Source: an uncultured Brevifollis sp.
GTDB taxonomy: Bacteria > Verrucomicrobiota > Verrucomicrobiia > Verrucomicrobiales > Verrucomicrobiaceae
Direction of reading: 5' to 3'
DNA: 64,000 nt
Assembly (NCBI GenBank): GCA_964421275.1
Contig: CAYQWE010000013.1
Coordinates: 24,672 to 88,671 of the forward strand
In this document: piece by piece, positions 10,247 to 19,836 of the stretch
Layout of the letters: each line of letters starts with the position of its first letter
How positions within the stretch are numbered: the stretch's first letter is position 1
Made by a program: the position numbers and the translations under genes
The notes under the pieces: generated by a model
Database searches by the model: none
Told to the model about the DNA's origin: nothing
What the model saw: only the letters and a program-made list of their open reading frames with translations

Positions 10247-10280
10247 CCGGCTCCCCAAACCCAGGGGAGCCGGTTTTTTT
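10247..10280 (+). terminator. rho-independent terminator after the Sel1-repeat gene
   Basis: A 10-bp GC-rich stem (CCGGCTCCCC / GGGGAGCCGG) with a 7-nt loop is followed by T7. Confidence 0.8.
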
Positions 10281-10282
10281 CC

Positions 10283-10358
10283 GGGGCATTAGCTCAGTTG
10301 GTAGAGCGCCTGCATGGCATGCAGGAGGTCAGCGGTTCGAACCCGCTATGCTCCACCA
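10283..10358 (+). tRNA. tRNA-Ala (anticodon GGC), CCA encoded
   Basis: The cloverleaf was folded by hand over 76 nt. The acceptor stem is GGGGCAU/AUGCUCC with the G3:U70 alanine identity pair. The anticodon loop is AUGGCAU, the T-loop is UUCGAAC, and a 3' ACCA is present. Confidence 0.93.
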
Positions 10359-10382
10359 GACCCTTTGTGTGCGAGTATCACC

Positions 10383-11072
10383 ATGAAGTCTTTGCCGGTG
10401 TGGATCATGAGCGTGCTGGTCACAGTTTCATGGAGTCTTTCCGCGCGTGAGGTGCAAAGCCACGGCCTGAGGTTCGAGGAATGGTTGCGCAACACATTTT
10501 TTGGCGAATATCAGCCTGGGAGTCCCACTCAGAAATGGGACATTCCGGCAGCCGCAAACCCGGATCACGGACGTATTCCGGTGAATCCGAAGGCGGCAAA
10601 GCATGGCACACCTGTCGGACTGGGAGACGCCATGAGGCAGTTTGAAATCAACGAGCCGTTCATGCTGATCGCCGGATTTTGGGAGCAGGTGAGTGCCAGC
10701 GAGAAGCGGTGGACCAATGTGCAGGTGGTGACGGTCAAGCCGGACCTTTGGGCATCCCTCTGGCGGCCGATCACACGAGGCGATCTCGAAAAACTCAACG
10801 CCATCATCAAGGACAAGGGCCTCTCGCTGGATGAGGCGCGCAAGAGGGCGCAAGATTTCAAATCAAAGCCACCCTTCACTCAGGCGGTCATCCAGGTGAA
10901 TCCCAAGATCGACAGCAGTCAGCGTCGCTTGCAGTGCAGCCTGCGGTTCGACGATTTTTTCAAACATCTGGCCCCGAGATCTTCCTCCGCGCCACAGGCC
11001 CGGCCCGAGGTCTTCGGCGTGCCAGTGCCGCTTCATTTCGAGTCCGCCCCACGTCAGATCAGCCCGCCATGA
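10383..11072 (+). CDS. hypothetical protein with signal-peptide-like N-terminus
   Basis: The ATG at 10383 (MKSLPVWIMSVLVTVSWSLSAREV) is in frame with ORF 10314..11072, whose 5' part overlaps the tRNA. I recognise no family. Confidence 0.6.
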   Translation: MKSLPVWIMSVLVTVSWSLSAREVQSHGLRFEEWLRNTFFGEYQPGSPTQKWDIPAAANPDHGRIPVNPKAAKHGTPVGLGDAMRQFEINEPFMLIAGFWEQVSASEKRWTNVQVVTVKPDLWASLWRPITRGDLEKLNAIIKDKGLSLDEARKRAQDFKSKPPFTQAVIQVNPKIDSSQRRLQCSLRFDDFFKHLAPRSSSAPQARPEVFGVPVPLHFESAPRQISPP

Positions 11073-11178
11073 GGAAAAAGGAGGTGAGATTGCAGTTAGA
11101 CACCTGGATTTTTCCGCTCAATATCCTTGCCGTTTCATCGGGGTTTGTTAACAAATCGCCGCAAAGCAGGCATTTTAT

Positions 11179-12276
11179 ATGAAGTTCACCATCAGCAAGG
11201 AATCCTTCCTGGGCGCCATCAACCAGGTACAACATGTGGTCAGCTCGCGCACCACTCTCGCCATCCTCTCCAATGTCCTGCTCAAGGCGAAGGACGGCGT
11301 TTTAGAGCTTACCACCACCGACCTCGATGTAGGCGTCACCTGTTCGGTGCCAGCTGAGGTCGATGAACCAGGATCTACCACCCTTCCCGCCCGCCGCCTC
11401 GCCACCATCGTGCGCGAGTTGCCAGCGGAGGAGATCGACGTGAAGGTCGATGAGAAGAATGTGGCCTCCATCAAAAGCGGGCCGAGTTTTTTCAAGGTCC
11501 TGGGCCTCACCAGTGAGGAGTTTCCCGCGTTACCGCGCTTTGATGACGCACGTGAGTTCAAAATAGAGCAGCAGGTGCTGCGCGACTGCCTGCGCAAGAC
11601 CAGTTATGCGATCTCCACCGACGAGACACGCTATGTTCTCAACGGCATCCTGTTTTCCTTCAAGGACAACGCCCTCACGATGGTCGCCACTGACGGTCGC
11701 CGCTTGGCGATGGTGGAGCAGGAGCTGGAGTTTCCGCAGAGCCAGGAGATCGATATCATCGTGCCCACCAAGGCGGTGAACGAACTTTCCCGCCTCCTCG
11801 GTGACTCAGGGGAGGTTTCCATCCGCGTGACCGGCTCGCAAGTAGGCTTCGACCTCGGTGAGAGCCTGCTCGTCAGCAAACTCATCGACGGCAACTATCC
11901 GAATTACCGTCAGGTCATTCCTGGAGAGTCGAAAGAGCGCATCCCGCTCGACCGCGAAGGCTTTCTCCGCGCCATCTCCCGTGTGTCGCTGCTTACCACG
12001 GATAAGTCGAACTCGATCAAGTTCATCTTCACTCCAGGCAGCGTTGAAATCGTCGCTTCCTCACCCGATGTCGGCGAGGCGCGCGAGACGCTGGCCATCA
12101 ACTACAAGGGCGCATCGATCACCATCGCCTTTAATCCAGAGTTTGCGATGGCCCCGCTGCGCAATCTCAGCGCCGACGAGGTGCATTTACATTTGATTGA
12201 TGAGATCAGTCCCGGTGTTCTGCGCAGCGGCACGAATTTCCTGTATGTACTCATGCCCATGCGTGTGAATGCCTGA
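11179..12276 (+). CDS. dnaN: DNA polymerase III beta sliding clamp
   Basis: The product is 365 aa. It begins MKFTISKESFLGAINQVQHVVSSRTTLAILSNVLL and contains TTDLDVG, ATDGRRLA and GNYPNYRQVIP, typical DnaN blocks. Confidence 0.93.
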   Translation: MKFTISKESFLGAINQVQHVVSSRTTLAILSNVLLKAKDGVLELTTTDLDVGVTCSVPAEVDEPGSTTLPARRLATIVRELPAEEIDVKVDEKNVASIKSGPSFFKVLGLTSEEFPALPRFDDAREFKIEQQVLRDCLRKTSYAISTDETRYVLNGILFSFKDNALTMVATDGRRLAMVEQELEFPQSQEIDIIVPTKAVNELSRLLGDSGEVSIRVTGSQVGFDLGESLLVSKLIDGNYPNYRQVIPGESKERIPLDREGFLRAISRVSLLTTDKSNSIKFIFTPGSVEIVASSPDVGEARETLAINYKGASITIAFNPEFAMAPLRNLSADEVHLHLIDEISPGVLRSGTNFLYVLMPMRVNA

Positions 12277-12311
12277 TCCTACTCTCTTCATCTAAACTCA
12301 CCGCATCTGCC

Positions 12312-12803
12312 ATGAACCGTCCACTGCAAGCTCTCTTGCTGATCGCGCTTTCCTCCAGCATGACAGCCTGTTATGGCCCGATGCCCCCGCCTCCGGGCCG
12401 CGGGCGCTCGTTGGATGTGCCGCCGCGCTATGGAGTGCCTCCACAGGACACCCAGTATTTTGATAGTGTGAATGCGGCGGATCCTAATGCCGCCAATGTG
12501 CAGCCGCCCAATCCGAACGCCCCTCCTACCGGAGACGGTGTGTCGCCCCCTGCTCCCACAATTGGGGGTACCACTGCTCCACCGCCCGTCACGGTGACTC
12601 CTCCAGGCAGCACTCCACCACCAGCACCTGCTCCAAAACCTTCAGCACCAACCGAGATTCCATTCGCCACGCGGATTCCGGGTAAGCCTGGGTTTGTGAA
12701 AAGCCCGTTCGATCCGAATGGCCAGGCCATTGACGTGCGTGACTTCCAGTCTGGCCAGAAGGCGCGTTGCCCATACACTGGCAAAGTTTTCCGCGTGCCG
12801 TGA
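12312..12803 (+). CDS. proline-rich lipoprotein, function unknown
   Basis: A signal peptide with a lipobox-like SSMTAC is followed by a long Pro-rich low-complexity segment. The conserved-looking C-terminal block reads FVKSPFDPNGQAIDVRDFQSGQKARCPYTGKVFRVP. Confidence 0.65.
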   Translation: MNRPLQALLLIALSSSMTACYGPMPPPPGRGRSLDVPPRYGVPPQDTQYFDSVNAADPNAANVQPPNPNAPPTGDGVSPPAPTIGGTTAPPPVTVTPPGSTPPPAPAPKPSAPTEIPFATRIPGKPGFVKSPFDPNGQAIDVRDFQSGQKARCPYTGKVFRVP

Positions 12804-12906
12804 CCCGTGGATGCCTCCGGTGATCATGTGATGTCGAACCTGCGCCGGGGCGGCCCCGCCGTTTTTCAGCGCCTGAAAGACATGCGGCCCGCCATACCAT
12901 TGAATT

Positions 12907-13770
12907 GTGTTCGCTGAACGCTCCATCGCCATCTTCAGCCCTGGGCTGCTCGGTGGGTCGTTGATCAAGACGATACTTCAACGACTGCCGGGTGTGGAGA
13001 TACGCGTCTGGGCACGACGCGAGGCGGCAGCGCGAGAGGTGCTCGGTGAGTTCCCCTCCGTCATAGCGACAACGAGCATGGCAGAGGCGCTTCAGGGCGT
13101 GTCACTGGCTATTTTGTGCATGCCGGTACAGTTCATGCCAGAGATCGCACAGCAGATGCTCCGCTGTGATCTGGCGGATGACTTAGTCGTCACGGATGTG
13201 GGCAGCGTGAAAGAAGCCGTCGTGTCAGGGTTGGAGCCGCTCTTTGCGACGACGAAGGCGATGTTCATTGGCAGCCACCCGATGGCAGGCTCGCAACTCA
13301 CAGGTCTCGCGAACGCGAGCGGTGATCTGTTTCATCATGCCGCCTGCATGCTCACGCCGACGGAAGCCTCCCCGCGAGAACTGGTGGAACGCCTGAAAGG
13401 TTTTTGGATCAAGCTCGGCTGCAGGGTGCGGGAGATGACGCCACAGGCGCATGACCGCTGTGTTGCACGCATTTCCCACCTGCCACATGCGATGGCCGTG
13501 CTGACCACGCTGGCATCCCTGCATGACGACACCGGAGTGCTCGACAGCGCGGCAGGAGGATTCCGCGACACAACGCGTGTGGCCGGCGGGGATCCGGCCA
13601 TGTGGGCGGGCATTTTTCTCAATAATCGCGACGAGGTACTCGCTGCCTTGTCAGACGCCACCGAAGCGATGCGAGAGCTGGTTGAAATAATCCGCTGCAT
13701 GGACGAAGAAGCCCTCCGCCGTTTCCTCGCCAAGGCCAAGGCTTTGCGCGATCTCCTTCCGGCGGTCTGA
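12907..13770 (+). CDS. tyrA: prephenate dehydrogenase
   Basis: The gene uses a GTG start. It has a Rossmann-type N-terminus (IAIFSPGLLGGSL) and the motifs DVGSVK, FIGSHPMAG and RISHLPH. It lies directly upstream of aroA. Confidence 0.85.
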   Translation: MFAERSIAIFSPGLLGGSLIKTILQRLPGVEIRVWARREAAAREVLGEFPSVIATTSMAEALQGVSLAILCMPVQFMPEIAQQMLRCDLADDLVVTDVGSVKEAVVSGLEPLFATTKAMFIGSHPMAGSQLTGLANASGDLFHHAACMLTPTEASPRELVERLKGFWIKLGCRVREMTPQAHDRCVARISHLPHAMAVLTTLASLHDDTGVLDSAAGGFRDTTRVAGGDPAMWAGIFLNNRDEVLAALSDATEAMRELVEIIRCMDEEALRRFLAKAKALRDLLPAV

Positions 13771-13776
13771 CATATC

Positions 13777-15162
13777 ATGGCCAGCCTCCAGTCGAAGAAA
13801 TTCAAAAGCATCCCCGCTGAGATCACCGTCCCCGGTGACAAAAGCATCTCTCACCGCGCCGCGATGTTCGCCGGCATGGCAAAGGGAACTACGGTGATTG
13901 ACGGCTTTCTACCCAGCGAGGACTGCCTTTGTACGGTACATGCCATGCAGGCGCTCGGTGCCACGGTGGAGCCGCTGGAGGAGGTCGAGGGCATCGGCCT
14001 CGTGAAACTAGCCATCACCGGCAATGGCATGAAATTGAAGATACCGGCGAAGCCCGTCGATTGCGGCAACTCAGGAACCACCATCCGTCTGTTGTCAGGC
14101 ATTCTGGCAGGCCAGAATTTCAAGACAGAGATGTTTGGTGATGCCTCTTTGTCCAAACGCCCGATGAAGCGCGTCGCCGATCCACTCTGTCAGATGGGTG
14201 CCAAAATCACCGGCCAGGGCGAGAAAATTTGCGCTCCGCTCACCGTCGAAGGCGCAGCATTGAAGTCGATCTACTACAAGCTCCCTGTCGCCAGCGCTCA
14301 GGTGAAGAGCGCGGTGTTGCTCGCCGGCTTGTTCGCACAGGGGAAAACGACCGTCGTCGAGCCGGTCCCCACTCGCAATCACACCGAACGCCTGTTCTCG
14401 CACTTCGGCGTCAAATGGCTGCGTGAAGACGATTGTGTGAGTGTTTATGGAGGGCAGGAACCCACTGCCACTGACATCGTCGTGCCGGGGGATATCTCCA
14501 GCGCCGCGTTCTGGATGGTCGCCGCCGCCGCCGCGCCGGGTTCGCAGATCACTCTGAAAAATGTCGGCCTCAATCCGACTCGCACAGGCGTCATCAACGT
14601 CCTCCTGCGCATGGGCGCACTTGTTACCAGCTCAGAAACCCATTCCGACGGCGAGCCGCGAGGCAACATCATCGTCCGTGGCGGTGATTTGAACGCCACC
14701 GTCATTGGCGGCGCTGAAATCCCCAACGTCATCGACGAGCTACCTATCCTAGCCGTCGCCGGTGCCCTGGCTCGTGGCAAAACGCTCATCCGTGATGCCA
14801 ACGAACTGCGGGTAAAAGAGACGGACCGCATTGCCGCAGTCGCACAAAACCTACGCGCTATGGGTGTCACCGTCACCGAGCATCCTGACGGCATGGAGAT
14901 CGAGGGCGGCGCGAAATTGAAGGGAGCCACGCTTCAGTGCTGGGGAGATCACCGCATCGCCATGGCCTTCCTCGTCGCAGGCATGTTTGCCGAAGGAACA
15001 ACCACGATCGAAGGCGCTGAGTGCATCGCCACGTCCTATCCTGGCTTTCAGCACCATTTGGATCTTTTTTTGCTCGGAGACACCGGTGCGCGCCCCATTC
15101 CCGTCATGTCCACCGTTCCGCAGCCGCTGGTGGACAAATTGAACCGCGCCAAGTCCAAATGA
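13777..15162 (+). CDS. aroA: 3-phosphoshikimate 1-carboxyvinyltransferase (EPSP synthase), class II type
   Basis: The motifs PGDKSISHRA, GNSGTTIRLLSG, SAQVKSA, RNHTE, NPTRTG and KETDRI are present, in a 461-aa product. Confidence 0.93.
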   Translation: MASLQSKKFKSIPAEITVPGDKSISHRAAMFAGMAKGTTVIDGFLPSEDCLCTVHAMQALGATVEPLEEVEGIGLVKLAITGNGMKLKIPAKPVDCGNSGTTIRLLSGILAGQNFKTEMFGDASLSKRPMKRVADPLCQMGAKITGQGEKICAPLTVEGAALKSIYYKLPVASAQVKSAVLLAGLFAQGKTTVVEPVPTRNHTERLFSHFGVKWLREDDCVSVYGGQEPTATDIVVPGDISSAAFWMVAAAAAPGSQITLKNVGLNPTRTGVINVLLRMGALVTSSETHSDGEPRGNIIVRGGDLNATVIGGAEIPNVIDELPILAVAGALARGKTLIRDANELRVKETDRIAAVAQNLRAMGVTVTEHPDGMEIEGGAKLKGATLQCWGDHRIAMAFLVAGMFAEGTTTIEGAECIATSYPGFQHHLDLFLLGDTGARPIPVMSTVPQPLVDKLNRAKSK

Positions 15163-15800
15163 GCACGCCGTATCCCGTCATCACCATCGACGGACCCGCC
15201 GCTTCAGGCAAAAGCAGCATCGCACGTCTCGTCGCACAGCGTCTCGGTTTCACCTATGTGAACACGGGAAATATGTATCGCGCCATGACCTGGGCCGTGC
15301 TCAAGGCAGGCGTCGATCCGCATGACGCCGACGCCGTGCGCAAGGCTGCGGCAGGCATCGTGGTCGAATCACCTGTCGTTGGGGGTAAAACGCAGGTCTG
15401 CATCGCCGGGAACACACTCAACGACGCCGAACTCAATAGCGATCCCGTCAATCGCGGCGTCTCTCTCATCGCCCGCGTCGTGGAAGTGCGTGAACGTCTT
15501 GTCGCCGCGCAGCGTGCTCTCATCACTCTTGGACCGCTCGTCATGGAGGGCCGCGACATCGGCTCCGTCGTGTTCCCGAACAGCCCGCACAAGATCTACA
15601 TTGACGCTAGCGCTGAAGTCCGTGCTAGCCGCCGCAGCGCCCAGGGGCATGCTGATCAGGTCGCCGAGCGTGACCGCCTCGACACCCAGCGCAAGGCCAG
15701 TCCATTGATGGTTCCTCACGGTGCCAAGGTCATCGATAACTCCCACATCACCCTCGACCAGGCTGTCGAGCAGGTGCTGGCAGTGCTCAAACTGCCTTGA
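15159..15800 (+). CDS. cmk: cytidylate kinase
   Basis: The ATG at 15159 overlaps the aroA stop (ATGA). The N-terminus reads MSTPYPVITIDGPAASGKSS (P-loop), and GRDIGSVVFP is present. Confidence 0.9.
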   Translation: MSTPYPVITIDGPAASGKSSIARLVAQRLGFTYVNTGNMYRAMTWAVLKAGVDPHDADAVRKAAAGIVVESPVVGGKTQVCIAGNTLNDAELNSDPVNRGVSLIARVVEVRERLVAAQRALITLGPLVMEGRDIGSVVFPNSPHKIYIDASAEVRASRRSAQGHADQVAERDRLDTQRKASPLMVPHGAKVIDNSHITLDQAVEQVLAVLKLP

Positions 15801-15831
15801 TTAAAATCGCGAATCGGGAACTGCAAAAGTC

Positions 15832-16443
15832 ATGCACTTCACCTACTGGCTTGGAAAAAACCTTTTTCACGAGACCGCCAGAGGTCTGTTCGATTTCCGC
15901 ATCATAGGCCAGGAGAGGATGAACTTCCCGGGCCCGGCTCTCATCGCCTGCAACCACGTCAGCTTCCTTGATCCGCCCTTCGTCGGCCAAGCATTCGACG
16001 GAATGATCCACTACTTCGCACGGAAGACGCTCTTCGATCACCCTGTCCTCGGCTGGTTACTGCGTGAGTGGCAGACCATTCCCATCGACCGCGACAAGCC
16101 TGATGCCGCTTCGCTCAAGGCCACCATCCGGTTCCTTCGCGCAGGTGAAAAAGTGCTCATCTTTCCCGAAGGCACCCGCAGCCCTGATGGCGGCCTTCAG
16201 TCTGCCGAGGCCGGCGTCGGCCTTTTCATCGCCAAATCGAAAGCTCCCGTGCTTCCCGTGCGCATCTTCGGCAGCTACGAGGCCTATCCGCGCGGCGCGA
16301 AGACGCTGCGCCCGTCACGCATCACCCTCGTGATCGGAAACATCTGGCAGCCAGATTTGGACAGTTACCAGAAAGAGGGCAGGGAACTCTACCAAGCCCT
16401 CGCTGACGACGTCATGCACCGCATCGGCGAACTGAGTCTCTGA
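15832..16443 (+). CDS. plsC: 1-acyl-sn-glycerol-3-phosphate acyltransferase
   Basis: The acyltransferase motifs NHVSFLDP (HX4D) and IFPEGTRS are present. Confidence 0.88.
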   Translation: MHFTYWLGKNLFHETARGLFDFRIIGQERMNFPGPALIACNHVSFLDPPFVGQAFDGMIHYFARKTLFDHPVLGWLLREWQTIPIDRDKPDAASLKATIRFLRAGEKVLIFPEGTRSPDGGLQSAEAGVGLFIAKSKAPVLPVRIFGSYEAYPRGAKTLRPSRITLVIGNIWQPDLDSYQKEGRELYQALADDVMHRIGELSL

Positions 16444-16464
16444 CGTGGTGGATTCACCACGTTT
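16443..16464. terminator. hairpin between convergent plsC and the aldolase/SDR gene (possible bidirectional terminator)
   Basis: An 8-bp stem (ACGTGGTG / CACCACGT) with loop GATT is followed by TTT. The U-tract is weak. Confidence 0.35.
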
Positions 16465-16473
16465 GTGCGCATT

Positions 16474-18447
16474 TCAGATCACCCGGTCATTCCCGCCATC
16501 CACCGGAATCTGCGCCCCGGTGACCTTGGCGAAGAGTGGTGAGGCCATCGCGGAGACCATGTTGCCGATGTCCTTGGATTTGATCTCCACCTTCATGAGG
16601 TTCTTGGTCTTGTATTCCTCGACGGTCATACCGTAGCGTGCGGCGCTCTTTTGCAGCGCCTCGGGTGTCCAGAGCTTGGTGTCGAAGACGGCGTCGGGAT
16701 GCACGATGTTGACGCGGATCTTGTGCGGCGCGAGTTCGAGCGCGGCGACGCGGCAGAGCTGCGTGAGCGCGGCCTTGGAGCACGAATAAGCGGAAGCGCC
16801 CGGGCCGGGGGCTTTGAAGTTGCGGCTGCCGACGAAGATGATGCTGGCGTCGAGACCCTGCTTCACGAACGGGATCACCTTGTTCATCAGCTTCTGATGG
16901 CTGGTGAGGTTGATCGAGATGGTGCGGTCCCAATCCGTCTGCGCCATGACATCGAGATTGTCGTTCTTCGGGAAAATGCCCGCGTTGCTGACGACGATGT
17001 CGATGCCGCCGAACTCGCGTACGGTGAAATCAATCGCGTCCTGCACCGGTTTGTCCTCGGTGAGGTTCACCACGATGCCGACCGCGCCGATCTTCTTCAT
17101 GATCTCGGGGATCTCCTTGTCGATGTCGAGTCCGACGACCTGCGCGCCCTGTTCGGCGAGCGATTCAGCGATGGCAAAGCCGATGCCAGCAGCGCAACCG
17201 GTGACGAGCGCGACCTTGCCCTGATGCACCTTGCGCGCGGGACCTTTGCGCAGTTTCGCCTGCTCCAGATCCCAGTATTCGATTTCAAAGATGTCCTTCT
17301 CGCTCAGCGGTTCCCAGCCGCCGGTGTGCTCGGCCAGCGTGACGGTGGCGGCGGTGCTTTCGGCGATGTCAGCGACGACCTTCGCGTCCTTGAGCGTGTC
17401 ACCAAAGCTCACGATGCCCTGGCCGGGCCAGATCGCGAAGCGCGGTGCCGGATCGAGCATCGTCTGGCCGCTGGCGTGCTTCGTGAAGTAGGCAGCGTAG
17501 TCGTCGGCGAACTTCTGCACGCTGGCAGCGTGGTCGTCGCCGAGCACGGCAGGGATGCGCTTCGTGCGGATGCTGTGGTCCGGCGTGAGCGGGCCGCGTG
17601 CGCCGCAGTCGTCGATGTTCGGCAACGCGGAGTAGGTCAAAGCAGCCTCGCTGCTGCTGAGGCGGGCGATTTGCGGAAAACCGCGCGTCTTAGAAACGGT
17701 CTGGCGGAGCTTGGCGAGTTGTAATAAGGGCATTCCTGCCCCTTCAGGAGCAGGCGGGCCGGAAATGGCCCGATGAGTCAAAAAATTCTCTGCCAGCGTG
17801 ACCAGCTCTATGTGCTTCTCGTAACTCGCCTTCGCGTCATCAGCGAAGGTGAACAGGCCGTGCTTCAGCAACACGATGCCTTCGATGCCTTCTTTGCGGA
17901 GATCAGTCTTCTGAAGTACCTCAAACACCTGCTTCGCCAAAACGAAGCCGGGCATGACGTAGGGGAGCACAAGTACACGCTTGCCGAAAAGCTCCTTCGT
18001 GCGTGCTTCGCCGTCCTTGGCGCAGGTGAGGGCGGAAATGGCGTTCGCGTGGCTGTGATCGACGAATTTGAACGGCAGGATCGCATGCAGGATGGCCTCG
18101 ATGCTCGCGGCGGGCGCATTCGGGTTCGTCATCGCGGCACGCTGCTGCAAGACCATGTCCTCGTCGCTCATGGTGGCGAGCTTGGACATCTTGATCAGCG
18201 CCTCCATGCGCACGGGGGAGAAGCCGACGCGCTCGATCGTCCCCAGATCCCAGCCGCTGCCCTTCACATAACAAAGTTCGACCTGGTCACCGAAATAATC
18301 CTTCTCCGTGATCTTCACCGAGGTGTTCCCGCCGCCATGCAACACGAGCGCTGAATTCCGGCCGAGCAGACGGCTGGTATAGACTCGCTGTCCGAGCAGA
18401 TCAGTTCCGAAAGTGGCGGCTTCTTGGTCGTTCCAAAGGCTTTGCAT
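16474..18447 (-). CDS. bifunctional class II aldolase / short-chain dehydrogenase (rhamnulose-1-phosphate aldolase/SDR-like)
   Basis: Start taken at MQSLWNDQEAATF (18447). The N-terminal aldolase block reads LVLHGGGNTSVK. The C-terminal SDR part shows VALVTGCAAGIG (TGxxxGxG) and YSCSKAA (YxxxK). Confidence 0.85.
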   Translation of the reverse strand: MQSLWNDQEAATFGTDLLGQRVYTSRLLGRNSALVLHGGGNTSVKITEKDYFGDQVELCYVKGSGWDLGTIERVGFSPVRMEALIKMSKLATMSDEDMVLQQRAAMTNPNAPAASIEAILHAILPFKFVDHSHANAISALTCAKDGEARTKELFGKRVLVLPYVMPGFVLAKQVFEVLQKTDLRKEGIEGIVLLKHGLFTFADDAKASYEKHIELVTLAENFLTHRAISGPPAPEGAGMPLLQLAKLRQTVSKTRGFPQIARLSSSEAALTYSALPNIDDCGARGPLTPDHSIRTKRIPAVLGDDHAASVQKFADDYAAYFTKHASGQTMLDPAPRFAIWPGQGIVSFGDTLKDAKVVADIAESTAATVTLAEHTGGWEPLSEKDIFEIEYWDLEQAKLRKGPARKVHQGKVALVTGCAAGIGFAIAESLAEQGAQVVGLDIDKEIPEIMKKIGAVGIVVNLTEDKPVQDAIDFTVREFGGIDIVVSNAGIFPKNDNLDVMAQTDWDRTISINLTSHQKLMNKVIPFVKQGLDASIIFVGSRNFKAPGPGASAYSCSKAALTQLCRVAALELAPHKIRVNIVHPDAVFDTKLWTPEALQKSAARYGMTVEEYKTKNLMKVEIKSKDIGNMVSAMASPLFAKVTGAQIPVDGGNDRVI

Positions 18448-18509
18448 GATGGGGAAAGGGAGTGCCAGACTTCCGGCGGATAAATTGTGATTCAAGGGGA
18501 TTTTACCCC

Positions 18510-19688
18510 TCAAGCTGGACTCAATCCACGGCTGCGCATCTCCCCTAGCGTCCACTCATACTCCTTCACCAACTGATCCACCACATCGCCGCTGCGCATT
18601 TCAGGCGGTAGCACCTCCCAGGTATAAGTTTCCATCTCGATGTGCTGGCATTTCGCAGGATTCACGGCCAGCCAGTTCATCGCGCCGATCAGATGATCCC
18701 GCGTGCTGTCGAATCCGCCGCCGGGCTGCGCATGGATCGGGATGTGGAAGTGTACACGCCATTCTTCACCGAGTTGGTTTGGATTCGCCTGCGCAAAGTC
18801 GAGCGCGTCAGGCAGATCCTTGAAACGACGCAGCGGTTCGTCTTCGCCGTAGTTGGCGATGACCTGGTGGAAATAGACCGGCTCGTCGAACGAGCGCAGC
18901 TTCACGATATTCTCCGTCGTCGGCTTCAATTTGAGTGCGGAGCTGAAGTGCAGCTTGCTCAGGCGGATACCAGCGCCGGTGATGCGATCCAGCGCTTTCT
19001 TCGCATCCTCAAACTCAACTGCGAGATGGCAGGTGTCGTAGTTCATGCCGATGAACTTGAAGAAATCGTGATCCTGCGGGTTGCGGTCAAAATAGAGGCC
19101 GAAGAACTTCAGCGTCTCGCCGCTGGTCTCAAACAAGCCGAGTGGCTCTGGCTCCATGCCGAGATGCAGGTCGTGGCCGCTCTTCGCGGCGACTTTCTCG
19201 ATGTGCTCGCGGCACAGGCGCAGATTCGTGAAGATCGCGTTTAATTCATCTGAGCCGAGATTGAAGGTCTTGTGCGATCCGGGCAGTGTGCTGACACTGC
19301 CGCTCACGCCCGGCGGCAGAAGCTGCGCGAGGAGATCGAACAGCAGATTCGTGTAATCGAGCCGTTCCTGCGTGCTCCAGTCCGGCTTGAACACATGCTC
19401 TTTGACGCGCGTGCCGTGGAATGCGCCGTAAGGGAAGCCGTTGATGGTGAAAACGTAGCAGCCGTTCGCGTCGAGCCACTTGCGGAACTCATCGAGTTTT
19501 CCCGGCACACTCAGTTCCACCGCAGCCTGCTGACTGAGTCGCAAACCGATGCCATACGGCTTGCCGCCGCTGACGCGATCCTTCACCCGCAGCGTTTTTT
19601 CCTTCAGCCCGCGCCACGTTTCCTCCCACGTCTCACCGCGATGGATGTTCGTGCAGTAGCCGAGATGAATGTCGTGATTGAGGCGCAT
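18510..19688 (-). CDS. xylose-isomerase-like TIM-barrel protein (EboE-like by recollection)
   Basis: Start taken at MRLNHDIHLGYCTNIHRGETW (19688). The LGYCTNIH...GFPYGAFHG...VFKPDW...STLPGS pattern matches my memory of the EboE / sugar-phosphate isomerase-like family. This was not verified by search. Confidence 0.6.
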   Translation of the reverse strand: MRLNHDIHLGYCTNIHRGETWEETWRGLKEKTLRVKDRVSGGKPYGIGLRLSQQAAVELSVPGKLDEFRKWLDANGCYVFTINGFPYGAFHGTRVKEHVFKPDWSTQERLDYTNLLFDLLAQLLPPGVSGSVSTLPGSHKTFNLGSDELNAIFTNLRLCREHIEKVAAKSGHDLHLGMEPEPLGLFETSGETLKFFGLYFDRNPQDHDFFKFIGMNYDTCHLAVEFEDAKKALDRITGAGIRLSKLHFSSALKLKPTTENIVKLRSFDEPVYFHQVIANYGEDEPLRRFKDLPDALDFAQANPNQLGEEWRVHFHIPIHAQPGGGFDSTRDHLIGAMNWLAVNPAKCQHIEMETYTWEVLPPEMRSGDVVDQLVKEYEWTLGEMRSRGLSPA

Positions 19689-19836
19689 GAGAGGCGGAAA
19701 TGTGCGAAAAACAGATGGCAGGTGCCCGGTGTGCCACGTTCCGTCAAATGAAACGTCCGTCAGACTGGCAAGGTCGCCGTGAACTGCTACGACTGCATCA
19801 CGCGCTTCCTTTTCAGGAGGCTGCACGGGGGACGAG

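Noticed and set aside
11073-11178. A possible oriC next to dnaN.
   Set aside because: There is no dnaA gene upstream. I saw no TTATCCACA-type boxes or AT-rich unwinding repeats in the 106-nt spacer.
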